Shown here piece by piece: positions 11,293 to 20,742 of a stretch of DNA of 64,000 nucleotides (its first letter is position 1; each line of letters opens with the position of its first letter). Position numbers and translations under genes: made by a program. The notes under the pieces are model-generated. The model searched no databases. It was not told the origin of the DNA and saw only the letters and a list, made by a program, of their open reading frames with translations. The DNA is taken from positions 768,001 through 832,000 of the forward strand of contig CAVUKA010000001.1 of assembly GCA_963741945.1 (NCBI GenBank), written 5' to 3'. The stretch is from an uncultured Gemmatimonadales bacterium. GTDB taxonomy: Bacteria; Gemmatimonadota; Gemmatimonadetes; Longimicrobiales; RSA9.

Positions 11293-12063
11293 TCAGTGGC
11301 CGCCGACCCGGACGCTCAGGCGCAGCGTGCTCGACACGGGGATGCCGTCGTGGAGGCGGGGTGCGTACTCCCAGTCGCGCGGAAATTCGATCAGGTACTG
11401 GTCGATGGTGTGATACCCCGTGGGGTGCGGCAGCTGCACGTCCATGACACGGCCCTGCTCGTCCAGGCTGATGAGCACATCGAAGCGGCGCCCCCGGTTC
11501 TCCAGGTACTCCACGTATTCCCGGCTGGTCAGCATCGGGAGGCGAATTCCCGGGAGGCGGCGCAACGGGTACGCGTCGCAGACCACCGACGGCAGCACGG
11601 CATCCAGGCGCCCGGCCACCAGCCGCAGCTGCACGCCCGAGCCCCCGCGCCAGTCCTCGACCAGCGACTCCTGCAGCAGGTGCACCAGCTCCGCCGTCTG
11701 GACCGGCGCCATGGTGCTGGACAGGACCCGGACCCAGTCCAGCCGGCCATCGTCCGCGTACCGCAACGACAGCAGCACCGTATCTCCGGGCGCATCGGCG
11801 GCGCCGCGGGCCCAGAGCGCGATGTTCCCGGCCGTCCCCGCTCGCGCCAGGTCGGTCAGCGCGGGCACTTCACCACGCCGGCCCACGTGATCACAGCGAC
11901 GTCCTGTCACACCCGGAACAGCAAAGCTCGCCGGTACCGGCTCCTGTTCCGGCCGCGGCCCACCCCCGCACGCGCTCGCCAGTGCCGGCAGGACCAGCAC
12001 CATCGTCGCCAACGGCGCGCGAAGACTGGCCGCGCGCCGAAGCCGTCGCCGGCTCCACTCCAT
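11293..12063 (-). CDS. lipoprotein with TonB C-terminal-like domain
   Basis: LASAC lipobox; C-terminal VLISLDEQGRVMDV...WEYAPRLHDGIPV resembles TonB_C; start may be 12078. Confidence 0.6.
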   Translation of the reverse strand: MEWSRRRLRRAASLRAPLATMVLVLPALASACGGGPRPEQEPVPASFAVPGVTGRRCDHVGRRGEVPALTDLARAGTAGNIALWARGAADAPGDTVLLSLRYADDGRLDWVRVLSSTMAPVQTAELVHLLQESLVEDWRGGSGVQLRLVAGRLDAVLPSVVCDAYPLRRLPGIRLPMLTSREYVEYLENRGRRFDVLISLDEQGRVMDVQLPHPTGYHTIDQYLIEFPRDWEYAPRLHDGIPVSSTLRLSVRVGGH

Positions 12064-12165
12064 CGGTATCAATAGCATACAGTATGGTGGCGCACTGCGG
12101 GCCGCCGTTCAAGGCCGACGCCGCCCCACTCGACTCCGCTTTCCTGCGCCGCCACCACGAGCGGC

Positions 12166-12194
12166 TTGCGGCCACGCCCGTGCTGGACTACGCT
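12166..12194 (+). promoter_or_regulatory. putative sigma70 promoter of the cold-shock gene
   Basis: TTGCGG-N17-TACGCT about 115 nt upstream of the csp ATG; a long 5' UTR is typical of csp genes. Confidence 0.4.
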
Positions 12195-12308
12195 GGATGC
12201 GCCGATCGCGGGACCCGGGGAACGGCTCCGGGGTCGCCGCGCGAAGCACGATCCTTGCGACGCTTCCCCGCGACAGTTCACCCACAGCCCACAGGTACAG
12301 AGCAAATC

Positions 12309-12527
12309 ATGGCGCGAGAGACCGGTACAGTCGTGCGATTCATGGACGACAAGGGTTACGGCTTCATCCAGCCCGACAAGGGCGGCAAGGACGTCTTCGT
12401 TCACCACTCCAGCATCGAGGGAAGCGGCTTCAAGTCCCTCGCGCAGGGCGAGCGGGTCGAGTACGAGCTGGTGCAGGATCCGAAGGGTCCGCGGGCAGAG
12501 AACGTCGTCCGAGTGGAAGAGGGCTAA
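12309..12527 (+). CDS. cold-shock protein (CspA family)
   Basis: KGYGFIQP (RNP1), DVFVHHSSI (RNP2), GFKSL, KGPRAENV. Confidence 0.96.
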   Translation: MARETGTVVRFMDDKGYGFIQPDKGGKDVFVHHSSIEGSGFKSLAQGERVEYELVQDPKGPRAENVVRVEEG

Positions 12528-12586
12528 GCTTACAGCCCCGGGCCTGCCTCCGACGTCGGCAGGCCACTTCATCCGCTTCCGCTTTC

Positions 12587-12623
12587 CTCACGGGCACGCG
12601 CAGGGGATGCGTGTGCCCGTGAG
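12587..12623 (+). terminator. stem-loop downstream of csp
   Basis: CTCACGGGCACGCGCA-GGGGA-TGCGTGTGCCCGTGAG, 16-bp stem with one G-U pair; no U tract. Confidence 0.5.
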
Positions 12624-12733
12624 CGACGTCTGTTCTGCCCGCCCATGGGAGCCGGATGCGGTGGGAGCGCCGGGGCCCCGCCCTCGGTGATGGTGCTCGC
12701 CGCGGCCCGGTCGGCTGGCTAGAATCCCGCCCC

Positions 12734-14053
12734 ATGCCGAATCGGATCCGCACCTCCCTTGGCCGCGCCTTCCGCGCGCTCCGGCGACGAAACTACAGGC
12801 TGCTGTTCGTCGGTCAGGCCATCTCCCTGACGGGGACGTGGATGCAGCAGCTGGCGTTGAGCTGGCTGGTCTATCGGCTGACCGGCTCCGCCTTCTTCCT
12901 CGGGCTGGTGGCGTTCGCGGGCCAGTTGCCCGGGTTCGTCATTGCCCCGCTGGCCGGGGTGCTGGCGGACCGGTGGAACCGTCACCGCATCGTGATGACC
13001 ACGCAGAGCCTCGGAATGGTGCAGGCCGTGGCCATTACGGTCCTGGTCCTCGGCGGCTGGGTCCAGGTCTGGCACATCGTGGCGCTGGCAGCATTGCTCG
13101 GCGTGGTCACGGGCGTGGACATACCGGCGCGCCAGGCGCTGTTCGTCGACCTCGTCGAAGGCGACCGCGAAGACCTCGCCAATGCCATCGCGCTGAACTC
13201 CTCCCTGTTCAATGCGACCCGCCTGATCGGTCCATCGCTTGGCGGCTTCCTCATCGCCGAGCTGGGGGAAGGTCCGGTCTTCGCGATCAATGCGGTCAGC
13301 TATGTGGCCGTGATCGCGAGCCTCGCCGCCATGCGGCTGCCCCCGCTGGTGCCGGGGGCCGCCACGGGGAGCGTGCTGGAGCGCCTGCGCGAGGGCTTCG
13401 GCTACGCCGCCGAGTTCCAGCCCATACGGGCGTTGCTCCTACATCTCGGCGCCGTGGCGCTCGTGGGTATGCCGTACGTGGTACTGCTCCCCGTTTTCGC
13501 CGACACTGTGCTCGGCGGCGGTGCACGCACCCTCGGGTTGCTCATGTCCGGCGCGGGGCTGGGGGCGCTCATCGGCGCGCTCTGGCTGGCGACGCGGCCC
13601 AGCGTGCGCGGCTTGAGCCTCGTCATCACCGTCGCCGCAGCCGTGTTCGGTGTGGGGCTGGTCTGCTTTTCTGCCAGTCGCGCGCTCCCGCTGTCCATGG
13701 CGCTCCTCGTGGTCACGGGCGGCGGAATGATGGTCATGTCCGCGTCCACCAACACCGTCCTCCAGACTGTGGTGCCGCCCGCTCTCCGCGGCCGCGTCAT
13801 GAGCCTTTACACCATGGCATTCATGGGCATGGGGACGATAGGCTCTCTCGCGGCCGGCTGGCTCGCGACGCGCTTTGGCGCACCGCCCACCGTGGCACTC
13901 GGAGGCCTCGGCTGCATCGCCGCCGCAGCCTGGTTCGCCCGACAACGCGCCGCGCTGCGGGACCATGTCCGTCCCATCTACCGGGAGCTCGGCATCATAC
14001 CCGAAGTCGCTTCCGGCCTCCTCAACGCGAGCGAGTTGCGAACGCGAGGCTGA
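12734..14053 (+). CDS. MFS transporter (DHA3/EntS-like)
   Basis: GQAISLTGTWMQ, GVLADRWNR, PARQA, NAIALNS, LRGRVMSLY; about 12 TM helices. Confidence 0.92.
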   Translation: MPNRIRTSLGRAFRALRRRNYRLLFVGQAISLTGTWMQQLALSWLVYRLTGSAFFLGLVAFAGQLPGFVIAPLAGVLADRWNRHRIVMTTQSLGMVQAVAITVLVLGGWVQVWHIVALAALLGVVTGVDIPARQALFVDLVEGDREDLANAIALNSSLFNATRLIGPSLGGFLIAELGEGPVFAINAVSYVAVIASLAAMRLPPLVPGAATGSVLERLREGFGYAAEFQPIRALLLHLGAVALVGMPYVVLLPVFADTVLGGGARTLGLLMSGAGLGALIGALWLATRPSVRGLSLVITVAAAVFGVGLVCFSASRALPLSMALLVVTGGGMMVMSASTNTVLQTVVPPALRGRVMSLYTMAFMGMGTIGSLAAGWLATRFGAPPTVALGGLGCIAAAAWFARQRAALRDHVRPIYRELGIIPEVASGLLNASELRTRG

Positions 14054-14127
14054 CGGCCGGGAGCGACGCCCCCGATACCGGACGTTCCGCGGCGATGATC
14101 GGCCCCCAGCGCATCGCAGGAGCGGCC

Positions 14128-14198
14128 GGGTGCGGCCGGCGAGGCACGGTGCGGCCGGCGAGGCCAAGTGTGGCCGACAAAGTCCGGTGCGGTCTGTC
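14128..14198. repeat. degenerate 19-bp tandem repeat (GGTGCGGCCGGCGAGGCAC) x3-4
   Basis: Two near-identical units followed by two diverged units. Confidence 0.6.
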
Positions 14199-14281
14199 GG
14201 TACGAAGGACGACGAGGGTGCAAGCACAGCCCCCGGGCGAGCGGCCGCGCTGTCGCGCTCTCCGGAGGCCACCAGGCTGTC

Positions 14282-15692
14282 GGGTTCTGTTTGCAGGAGT
14301 TGTTGGACCCCTCTTCCGATGATCTCCCATGAGCCTGTGCGGTGGGGTTCTGTTGGCGGGCATTGTTGGGATCACACGACGCGGTCTGCCGCCCCACGCT
14401 CGCAGCACGGAGGAGAATGTCCCCCCTAGCCATGGAAGTGCCCGGCGCGGCGAGGCACAGTGCTCCCCATGGCGCACCGCCCACCCCTTTCCTCACGGAG
14501 CATCCGTGCCGAGCCAGGCACGATCCGACGATGCGCACCAATGCCGCCGTTGGTGCCAACGCCGCACCGCGCTGTCAATCGGCCGCGCTGCGATCTCTTC
14601 CCGCAGCTGCGGCTGCAGTCGATCCCATTCCCGTTCAATGAGTTTCGCCGGACCGCCTTCGGCCATCGACGGCCCTGCCCCCGCTGCGGCGGGATCCGCG
14701 TATACGGGTGGGGCGGATTCCGCGGACGTCGTCGCTTTCGCTGTGTCGCATGCGGCCGCACATTCAGCGACTTCACCGGCACGCCGCTCCAACACCTGAA
14801 ACGCCTGGACCGCTGGCTCCCCTTCTGCGCTGTGTTCGGCATGGGACTGACCGTCCGTCGCACAGCCAGCCTCCTGGGCATCGACCCGACGACATCGTTT
14901 CGCTGGCGACACCGCCTCCTCGGCCCCGTCGTCGCCAGCGAGCATTATCCGCTCTCCGGGTTCGTGGATTGGGGCGATGCCTGGTTCACGTTCTCCGAGA
15001 AGGGCAGCCGAAGGCTCGATCGCCCGGCGAGGCGGCGGGCGCCACCTTTCTGGAGCGGCGGCGAGCCGCGCACATACGTGCTCCTGGCCAACGACAGCCA
15101 GGGGCGCGCCGTTGGGCGGCACGTTGGAGCGCGGCGGCCGGGGCGGACCACGGTGCTGGAGCTCGTGATCCCGCGCGTTGCGCCGGGTACTACGCTGCTC
15201 ACCGAGTGCGGACCGTTCGGGGACGGCGCCCGCATCGCCCGGCTCACGGGATTGCCCTGGCGCTGGCGACGCAAGCTCGATCGCGCCACCGCCCCATCCC
15301 TCGAGCCGCTCCGGGTCTACACCTCCCGCCTGAAACGGTGGATGCGGCCATTTCACGGGGTCGCGACGCGCTACCTCGATCACTACCTCGGGTGGTTCAG
15401 GCTCGTCGACGGTCCGCTCGTTGAAGCCGGCGACCCGGTCCCGGCGGCGCTCATCCTGTCCTCCGGCCGCTTCCCCTGACCTGCCGGCAGGGTCCTCGGC
15501 GGCGGATGCCGGATCCGAGGATTGGAGGGCGGCCAGAGGGGTTCAGGTCGCCCGCCAGGCACGCCAGCAGGTTGGATCGGCCGCCAGCGTCGGGGTCCAG
15601 GCCGCGCACCCCACAATTCCCGCGAACAGAACCCCATGGGGCTGATCGCCGACGCTGCCCCACTGCCCCAACAACTCCCGCCAACAGAACCC
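14282..15692. mobile_element. IS1595-family (ISPna2-like) element or domesticated derivative with doubled terminal inverted repeats
   Basis: 25-bp motif at 14282-14306 and 14345-14369 (+), and at 15610-15634 and 15668-15692 (-), flanking a transposase-like ORF; no target-site duplication seen. Confidence 0.8.
14541..15479 (+). CDS. IS1595-family transposase-like protein, catalytic residues apparently altered
   Basis: Zn ribbon CPRC...FRCVACGRTFSDFTGTPL; HTH TVRRTASLLGIDPTTSFRWRHR; C-terminal SRLKRWMRPFHGVATRYLDHYLGWFR; start may be 14469. Confidence 0.88.
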   Translation: MPPLVPTPHRAVNRPRCDLFPQLRLQSIPFPFNEFRRTAFGHRRPCPRCGGIRVYGWGGFRGRRRFRCVACGRTFSDFTGTPLQHLKRLDRWLPFCAVFGMGLTVRRTASLLGIDPTTSFRWRHRLLGPVVASEHYPLSGFVDWGDAWFTFSEKGSRRLDRPARRRAPPFWSGGEPRTYVLLANDSQGRAVGRHVGARRPGRTTVLELVIPRVAPGTTLLTECGPFGDGARIARLTGLPWRWRRKLDRATAPSLEPLRVYTSRLKRWMRPFHGVATRYLDHYLGWFRLVDGPLVEAGDPVPAALILSSGRFP

Positions 15693-15837
15693 CAGTGAAT
15701 CGAGGGGTTGGCCTCCACCTCCGCTGGGCTTAGGGTGCGATATCATGAGTGCCCGGGGCGGATCGCCGGGGGCCCGCGTCTGGTCGCCGAGCTGGCAGGC
15801 GCGGCGATATCCCAACGCTCGGAGGAGAAACCGAACG

Positions 15838-16032
15838 ATGGCGGAGATCGAGTACGAACGCGAGAACGAGCGCGTGGTCATTGCCAGGCAGGATGGTGAG
15901 GAGGTCGCCCGGATCGTAGAGGTCCCCGGCACGAACGTGACGAGCTTCCGCATGAAGGATGGCAGCAAGCGCGGCGATCGGGTGGCCGACCTGGAGGAGG
16001 CCAAGAAGCGGATCGAGAGCTACCTCAGCTGA
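15838..16032 (+). CDS. hypothetical protein (64 aa)
   Basis: GGAGGAG SD; typical codon usage. Confidence 0.7.
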   Translation: MAEIEYERENERVVIARQDGEEVARIVEVPGTNVTSFRMKDGSKRGDRVADLEEAKKRIESYLS

Positions 16033-16088
16033 CCGGAGTCACGGGCCCCCGAGCCTCGGGGGCCAGACTCGCCCCTGACGACGGCGGC

Positions 16089-16718
16089 TCAGGCAACTTC
16101 CGGCGTGATGATGTCGACCGCGCGCCAGCAGTACCAGGCGACGGCGCTCCTCCACGGCCGATAGCCGACCCCGATCCATTCCATCTCTTTCGGCGCCGGC
16201 GGCGCTTCCAGCCCCAGCACGCGGGCCATCCCGGCACGCACACCCAGATCGCCCACGGGCCATACGTCCGGGCGCCGGAGATCGAATAGCAGGTACATCT
16301 GGGCGGTCCATGGCCCAATGCCGCGAACACGCGTAAGCCTGGCGACCACTTCAGCGTCCGTGAGATCGTCCAGGTCACCGAGCGGTACGTCGCCGGAAAG
16401 CGACCGGGCGGCCAGGTCCTGGATCGCCGCGGCTTTCGCCCCGGACAGTCCGGCGGCGCGCAGCACTCCGTCGCCCGCGCCCAGCACGGACTCCGGCGAA
16501 ACGTCGCCGTCGAGCGCCGAGACGAAGCGGCCGTGGACGGTGCGCGCGGCCGCGCCAGCCAACTGCTGATACACGATCGCCGCCGACAGCGACTGGAACG
16601 CGTCACCCCTGGGCGGCCGCAGCCGAACCGGTCCCACCCGCTCCACCAGCGGACCGAATCCGGGATCCCCGCGCAGTCGCTCTGTCGCCTCCGGCCAGAC
16701 CGTCACCTCTTCATTCAT
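16089..16718 (-). CDS. DNA-3-methyladenine glycosylase 2 family (AlkA/HhH-GPD)
   Basis: IVYQQL, LRAAGLS, LTRVRGIGPWTAQM, DVWPVGDLGVR, YRPWRS. Confidence 0.92.
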   Translation of the reverse strand: MNEEVTVWPEATERLRGDPGFGPLVERVGPVRLRPPRGDAFQSLSAAIVYQQLAGAAARTVHGRFVSALDGDVSPESVLGAGDGVLRAAGLSGAKAAAIQDLAARSLSGDVPLGDLDDLTDAEVVARLTRVRGIGPWTAQMYLLFDLRRPDVWPVGDLGVRAGMARVLGLEAPPAPKEMEWIGVGYRPWRSAVAWYCWRAVDIITPEVA

Positions 16719-16905
16719 CCGGCGCCTTTCGTTCACTCGGCGTCCCATCGGGGGCCGAAAATGAAGCCGAGTGGACCCGGTCGCAACGGCCCCACGCCAG
16801 ACCGGCGGGGGAGAGCCGCGGGATCCCGAGGCGTTTGCCGCCGATCTCCCCTGCCCGCATCTTCCACGCTCCAACTGAACGATCCGAGACTTTTCGAGAG
16901 GAATC

Positions 16906-19164
16906 ATGCGACACCGTCTCGTCACCTTCGCGGCGCTGGCCGGCGCCGCGGCCTTAACGGCGTGCGGCGGCGGAGCCGTACGCGCTCCGGCAGCCATGAG
17001 CTCGCCCGTCCCTGCCCGCTCGAACGTGTACGCCCCGGATTCGCTGACCCGGGCCGATTACGCACGGGCCGAGCAGTTCCTGCCGGGGAACCTCCAGGAC
17101 AGCGTTTTCGGGACGCGCGTCTCACCTACGTGGCTTCCCGATGGCCGCGTCTGGTATCGGCACCCCACGCCATCCGGCGAGCAGGTCGTGGTGGTGACAC
17201 CGTCCACGGGTGACGTCGAGCGCCTGAGCGCCGATGATTCCCGCGCTCGGGCGCTCGCACCGGCGGACACAGGATGGGCGGCGTCGGACGACGGCAGGGC
17301 ATGGCTCCGGAACGCGGTGGTGTCGCCGGATGGGAAGTGGGCCGCGTTCCTGCAGGATCACGACCTGTGGCTCCGCGACCTCGCCACCCAGCGCGATTAC
17401 CCGCTGACCACGAACGGCGAGGACGGGTACGGCTACGCCACCAACAACGCCGGCTGGGTGCGGAGCGACCGCCCGGTGCTCCGCTGGTCGCCGGACTCCC
17501 GTCGCATCGCGACATTCCGCCACGACGCCCGTGGCGTGGGCCGCATGGTCGTGGCGCACACCCGCGCAGGACATCCGGTGGTGGACTCGTGGCGCTATCC
17601 CCTGCCCGAAGACACGGTGATCTTCCGCATCGAGCGGCTGGTGGTGGACGTTTCGAACCCCGCGTCGCCTTCCGTGGTCCGCTTCAAGATGCCCCCCGAC
17701 CCACACCGCTCCTCGGTATGCGACCACGTGTACTGCAATGGCACCTTCGCGGACCTGGAGTGGACGCCGGATGGCCGGCGCGTGGCGTTCGTCTCCACCT
17801 CCCGCGACCACAAGCGAGCCACGCTGAGGGTGGCCGACGCCGTCACCGGCAATGTCCGGACCGTCCTGGAAGAAACCTCGCCGACATTCCTCGAGACCGG
17901 CTACGACCGCTGGAACTGGCGGCTCCTTCCCGACAGCCACGAGGTGATCTGGTACTCGCGGCGCGACGATTGGGGCAAGCTCTACCTGTACGACCTGGAC
18001 TCCGGCGATCTGAAGCACGCGATCGGCCCCGGTCACTACAATGTTCTGGACGTGCTGCGCGTGGATCCCGATACGCGCACCCTCTGGTTCGTGGCCGACG
18101 GCGCTCGGGACGGAAACCCGTACTTCACCGATTTCTACCGCGTCAGCCTCGACGGCGGGGCGCCAACCCTGCTCACCGCCGAGAGCGCGAATCACGAGAT
18201 CTCCCTGTCGCCGGACGGCCGCTGGTTCGTGGACAGCTATTCGACCCCCACGGAGCCGCCCGCTACCGTGCTGCGCGACACGCGCGACGGCCGCATCGTC
18301 GCCCGGCTGGAGAAGGCTGACGTCTCTCGCCTCCTCGCCGCCGGCTGGCAACCTCCGATGCCGTTCACCGTGAAAGCCAGGGATGGGAAGACAGACCTGT
18401 ACGGCCTGCTGTTCCGGCCCACGCGCTTCGATCCCTCGAAGAAGTACCCTGTGATCAACTACGTGTACCCTGGCCCGCAGAGCGGGAGCGTGAGTACGTG
18501 GGGGTGGAGCGCCGCGCGCCGCGATCACCAGTCGCTGGCGGAGCTCGGATTCGTCGTGGTGGCGCTGAACGCCATGGGGGGGCCGATGCGCACGCAGTCG
18601 TTCCAGGCCACCTACTACGGCGACATGGGTGACAACGGGCTCCCGGACCAGATCGCGGGGATTGAGCAGCTGGCCGAGCGCTACCCGTGGATGGACCTGG
18701 ATCGCGTCGGCATCTGGGGACACTCGGGCGGCGGGTTCGCATCCACCAATGCCATCCTCCGGTACCCGGACTTCTACAAGGTGGCAGTCAGCGAGGCAGG
18801 AAATCACGACAACCGGGTGTATGAGGACGACTGGGGGGAGAAGTGGCAGGGGCTGCTTCGCGACCTCGGCGATGGCACGACGACCTACGACAACCAGGCG
18901 AACCAGCGCCTCGCGGGCAACCTGAAGGGGAAGCTGTTGCTGGCCCATGGCGCCGTGGACGACAACGTGCCGTACTTCAACACCCTGCTCGTGGTCCAGG
19001 CGCTGATCGACGCCAACAAGGACTTCGACCTGATCATCTTCCCGGACCAGCGACACGGGTTCGCCATGACGCCGTACATGATCCGGCGACGTTGGGACTA
19101 CTTCGTCCGGAACCTGCTCGGGGCCGAGCCACCGGCCGGGTACGAGATCGGCGCGGAACGCTAA
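16906..19164 (+). CDS. S9 family peptidase (DPP IV-like) lipoprotein
   Basis: LTAC lipobox; YPGPQ; GIWGHSGGG nucleophile; HGAVDDNV; RHGF. Confidence 0.95.
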   Translation: MRHRLVTFAALAGAAALTACGGGAVRAPAAMSSPVPARSNVYAPDSLTRADYARAEQFLPGNLQDSVFGTRVSPTWLPDGRVWYRHPTPSGEQVVVVTPSTGDVERLSADDSRARALAPADTGWAASDDGRAWLRNAVVSPDGKWAAFLQDHDLWLRDLATQRDYPLTTNGEDGYGYATNNAGWVRSDRPVLRWSPDSRRIATFRHDARGVGRMVVAHTRAGHPVVDSWRYPLPEDTVIFRIERLVVDVSNPASPSVVRFKMPPDPHRSSVCDHVYCNGTFADLEWTPDGRRVAFVSTSRDHKRATLRVADAVTGNVRTVLEETSPTFLETGYDRWNWRLLPDSHEVIWYSRRDDWGKLYLYDLDSGDLKHAIGPGHYNVLDVLRVDPDTRTLWFVADGARDGNPYFTDFYRVSLDGGAPTLLTAESANHEISLSPDGRWFVDSYSTPTEPPATVLRDTRDGRIVARLEKADVSRLLAAGWQPPMPFTVKARDGKTDLYGLLFRPTRFDPSKKYPVINYVYPGPQSGSVSTWGWSAARRDHQSLAELGFVVVALNAMGGPMRTQSFQATYYGDMGDNGLPDQIAGIEQLAERYPWMDLDRVGIWGHSGGGFASTNAILRYPDFYKVAVSEAGNHDNRVYEDDWGEKWQGLLRDLGDGTTTYDNQANQRLAGNLKGKLLLAHGAVDDNVPYFNTLLVVQALIDANKDFDLIIFPDQRHGFAMTPYMIRRRWDYFVRNLLGAEPPAGYEIGAER

Positions 19165-19251
19165 CATCGACGCGACGCGGAAGGGGGCGTCCGGTGGGCG
19201 GCGGCCGGGCGCCCTCCCGCGCTCGACGGCTTCGCATCAGCAGGAGGTGGG

Positions 19252-19845
19252 ATGGACGACACGAAAGGGCGATCGGTCCCGACTCGCGGGATCGAGGTCT
19301 GGCTCCCCGAGTGGGTGCACGAAGCCATGCCGGCGGCGGGCGTCCTCGAGTCTGTCGAGGACCGCATGCGCCTGGTGATCGAGCTGTCGCGTGAGAACGT
19401 GCTCCGCCGCGAGGGAGGCCCGTTCGCGGCAGCCGTATTCGAACGAGACACGGGTCGGCTGGTCAGTGTGGGGTTGAACAGCGTCGAGCGACTGAGGAAC
19501 TCCGCGCTCCACGCCGAGATGACGGCCCTCATGTTCGCGCAGCAGCGCCTTGGTGTGTTCACGCTTGCGGCAGAGGGCCTGCCGGCGCACGAGCTGGTGT
19601 CCTCGTGCGCCCCATGCGCCATGTGCCTGGGCGCCGTTCTGTGGAGCGGCGTGCGGAGGCTGGTTTGGGGCGCGGGGCGTGAAGATGCCCTCCGGATCCA
19701 GTTCGACGAGGGCCCGGTCTTTCCGGAGTCCATCCGCTACGTGGAGGAGCGAGGCGTCGAGATGATGCCGCACGTTCTGCGCGAGGAAGCCCGCGCGGTC
19801 CTGCAGCTCTATGCCGGGCGTGGCGGGCTCATCTACAACGGGTAG
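19252..19845 (+). CDS. nucleoside/guanine deaminase (CDA superfamily)
   Basis: GGPFAA, HAE, PCAMC zinc motifs, FDEG. Confidence 0.9.
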   Translation: MDDTKGRSVPTRGIEVWLPEWVHEAMPAAGVLESVEDRMRLVIELSRENVLRREGGPFAAAVFERDTGRLVSVGLNSVERLRNSALHAEMTALMFAQQRLGVFTLAAEGLPAHELVSSCAPCAMCLGAVLWSGVRRLVWGAGREDALRIQFDEGPVFPESIRYVEERGVEMMPHVLREEARAVLQLYAGRGGLIYNG

Positions 19846-19862
19846 ACCGGGGCGCGCGCCCG

Positions 19863-19948
19863 GCGCTCTGTTCGCGGGAGTTGTTGGACACGCGCGCTCC
19901 GAGGTCGGACACGGCCGGCGGCGGGGCGCTGTTCGCGGGAGTTGTTGG
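19863..19948 (+). repeat. tandem pair of the 25-bp dispersed motif
   Basis: GCGCTCTGTTCGCGGGAGTTGTTGG (19863-19887) and GGGCGCTGTTCGCGGGAGTTGTTGG (19924-19948), 61-bp period, between convergent genes. Confidence 0.9.
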
Positions 19949-19964
19949 GCCACCCATCACCCCC

Positions 19965-20711
19965 TCACGGCGCCACCGCTCCGTAAAGCCGCGGCAGATC
20001 CTGCACCGTCACGATTCCCAGCAGTTTCTCCGATGACGCGCCGGTGGACGTGACGAGCACCGCCTCCAGCCGCCGGCCGCGCGCCGGCGCTTCCGTGAAC
20101 AGTCGCACCACGTCCGCCACCAGGCGGTCGCGCGACACGAGGTCGAAGCGCTTCACCCCGTTCCCGAACTCCAGGACCTCCCGCACGGGCTCCTCGTGAA
20201 GGGTGTCAAGCGGCCCGGCCAGCTTCGTGGCGATCCAGCGCGCAATGGCATGGGCGGTGAGCAGGCCGATCAGCTCGTCGCCGGCGTACACGGGCAGTCG
20301 CGTGAACCCGCCCTTCACCATCCGCTCCGCGGCTTCCCCGATCGGGTCCTCCGCCGAGCAGGTCACCACCGGTCGGGACATGGCCTCGTCGATCCGAGGG
20401 GGGTGGACGAGCAGGGCGACGATGGCGTCGAGCCGCTCCACCGTCGCACCGTGCGGCTCCGCGATCACGTACCCGCCGCCCCTGTCGTGGACGATGGCGT
20501 TCCGCAGGTCGGCGAACTCCAGCAGGTCCTCTTCGACCGCCCGCACGACGACGTTGCGTTTCGCCGCCTGCCTCACCATCCAGCGGAACGAGTCCTTGGA
20601 CGACGTCCCCAGCATCCGCTTCAACGCGTCTTCCGCCTGTGCGAACGCGATCAGGAATCGATCAGAATTCGTCTCGGCCACGGCCCCCTCACCGTCGGTT
20701 TCGGCAATCAC
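19965..20711 (-). CDS. CBS-pair protein with N-terminal HEPN-like (RxxxxH) domain
   Basis: LRNAIVH in a helical N-terminus; MSRPVVTC...FTRLPVY...LIGLLT and LLGIVTVQDL CBS repeats. Confidence 0.85.
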   Translation of the reverse strand: MIAETDGEGAVAETNSDRFLIAFAQAEDALKRMLGTSSKDSFRWMVRQAAKRNVVVRAVEEDLLEFADLRNAIVHDRGGGYVIAEPHGATVERLDAIVALLVHPPRIDEAMSRPVVTCSAEDPIGEAAERMVKGGFTRLPVYAGDELIGLLTAHAIARWIATKLAGPLDTLHEEPVREVLEFGNGVKRFDLVSRDRLVADVVRLFTEAPARGRRLEAVLVTSTGASSEKLLGIVTVQDLPRLYGAVAP

Positions 20712-20742
20712 GGCCGCAACATACGACGCCCGACGCCGTCGG

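Noticed and set aside
14270-15705. Target-site duplication around the IS1595-like element
   Set aside because: Flanks of the outer pair (AGGCTGTC / CAGTGAAT) and of the inner pair do not match.
19863-19948. Minimal CRISPR repeat-spacer-repeat
   Set aside because: Only two imperfect copies, no cas genes or leader; the same motif forms the IS1595-like ends.
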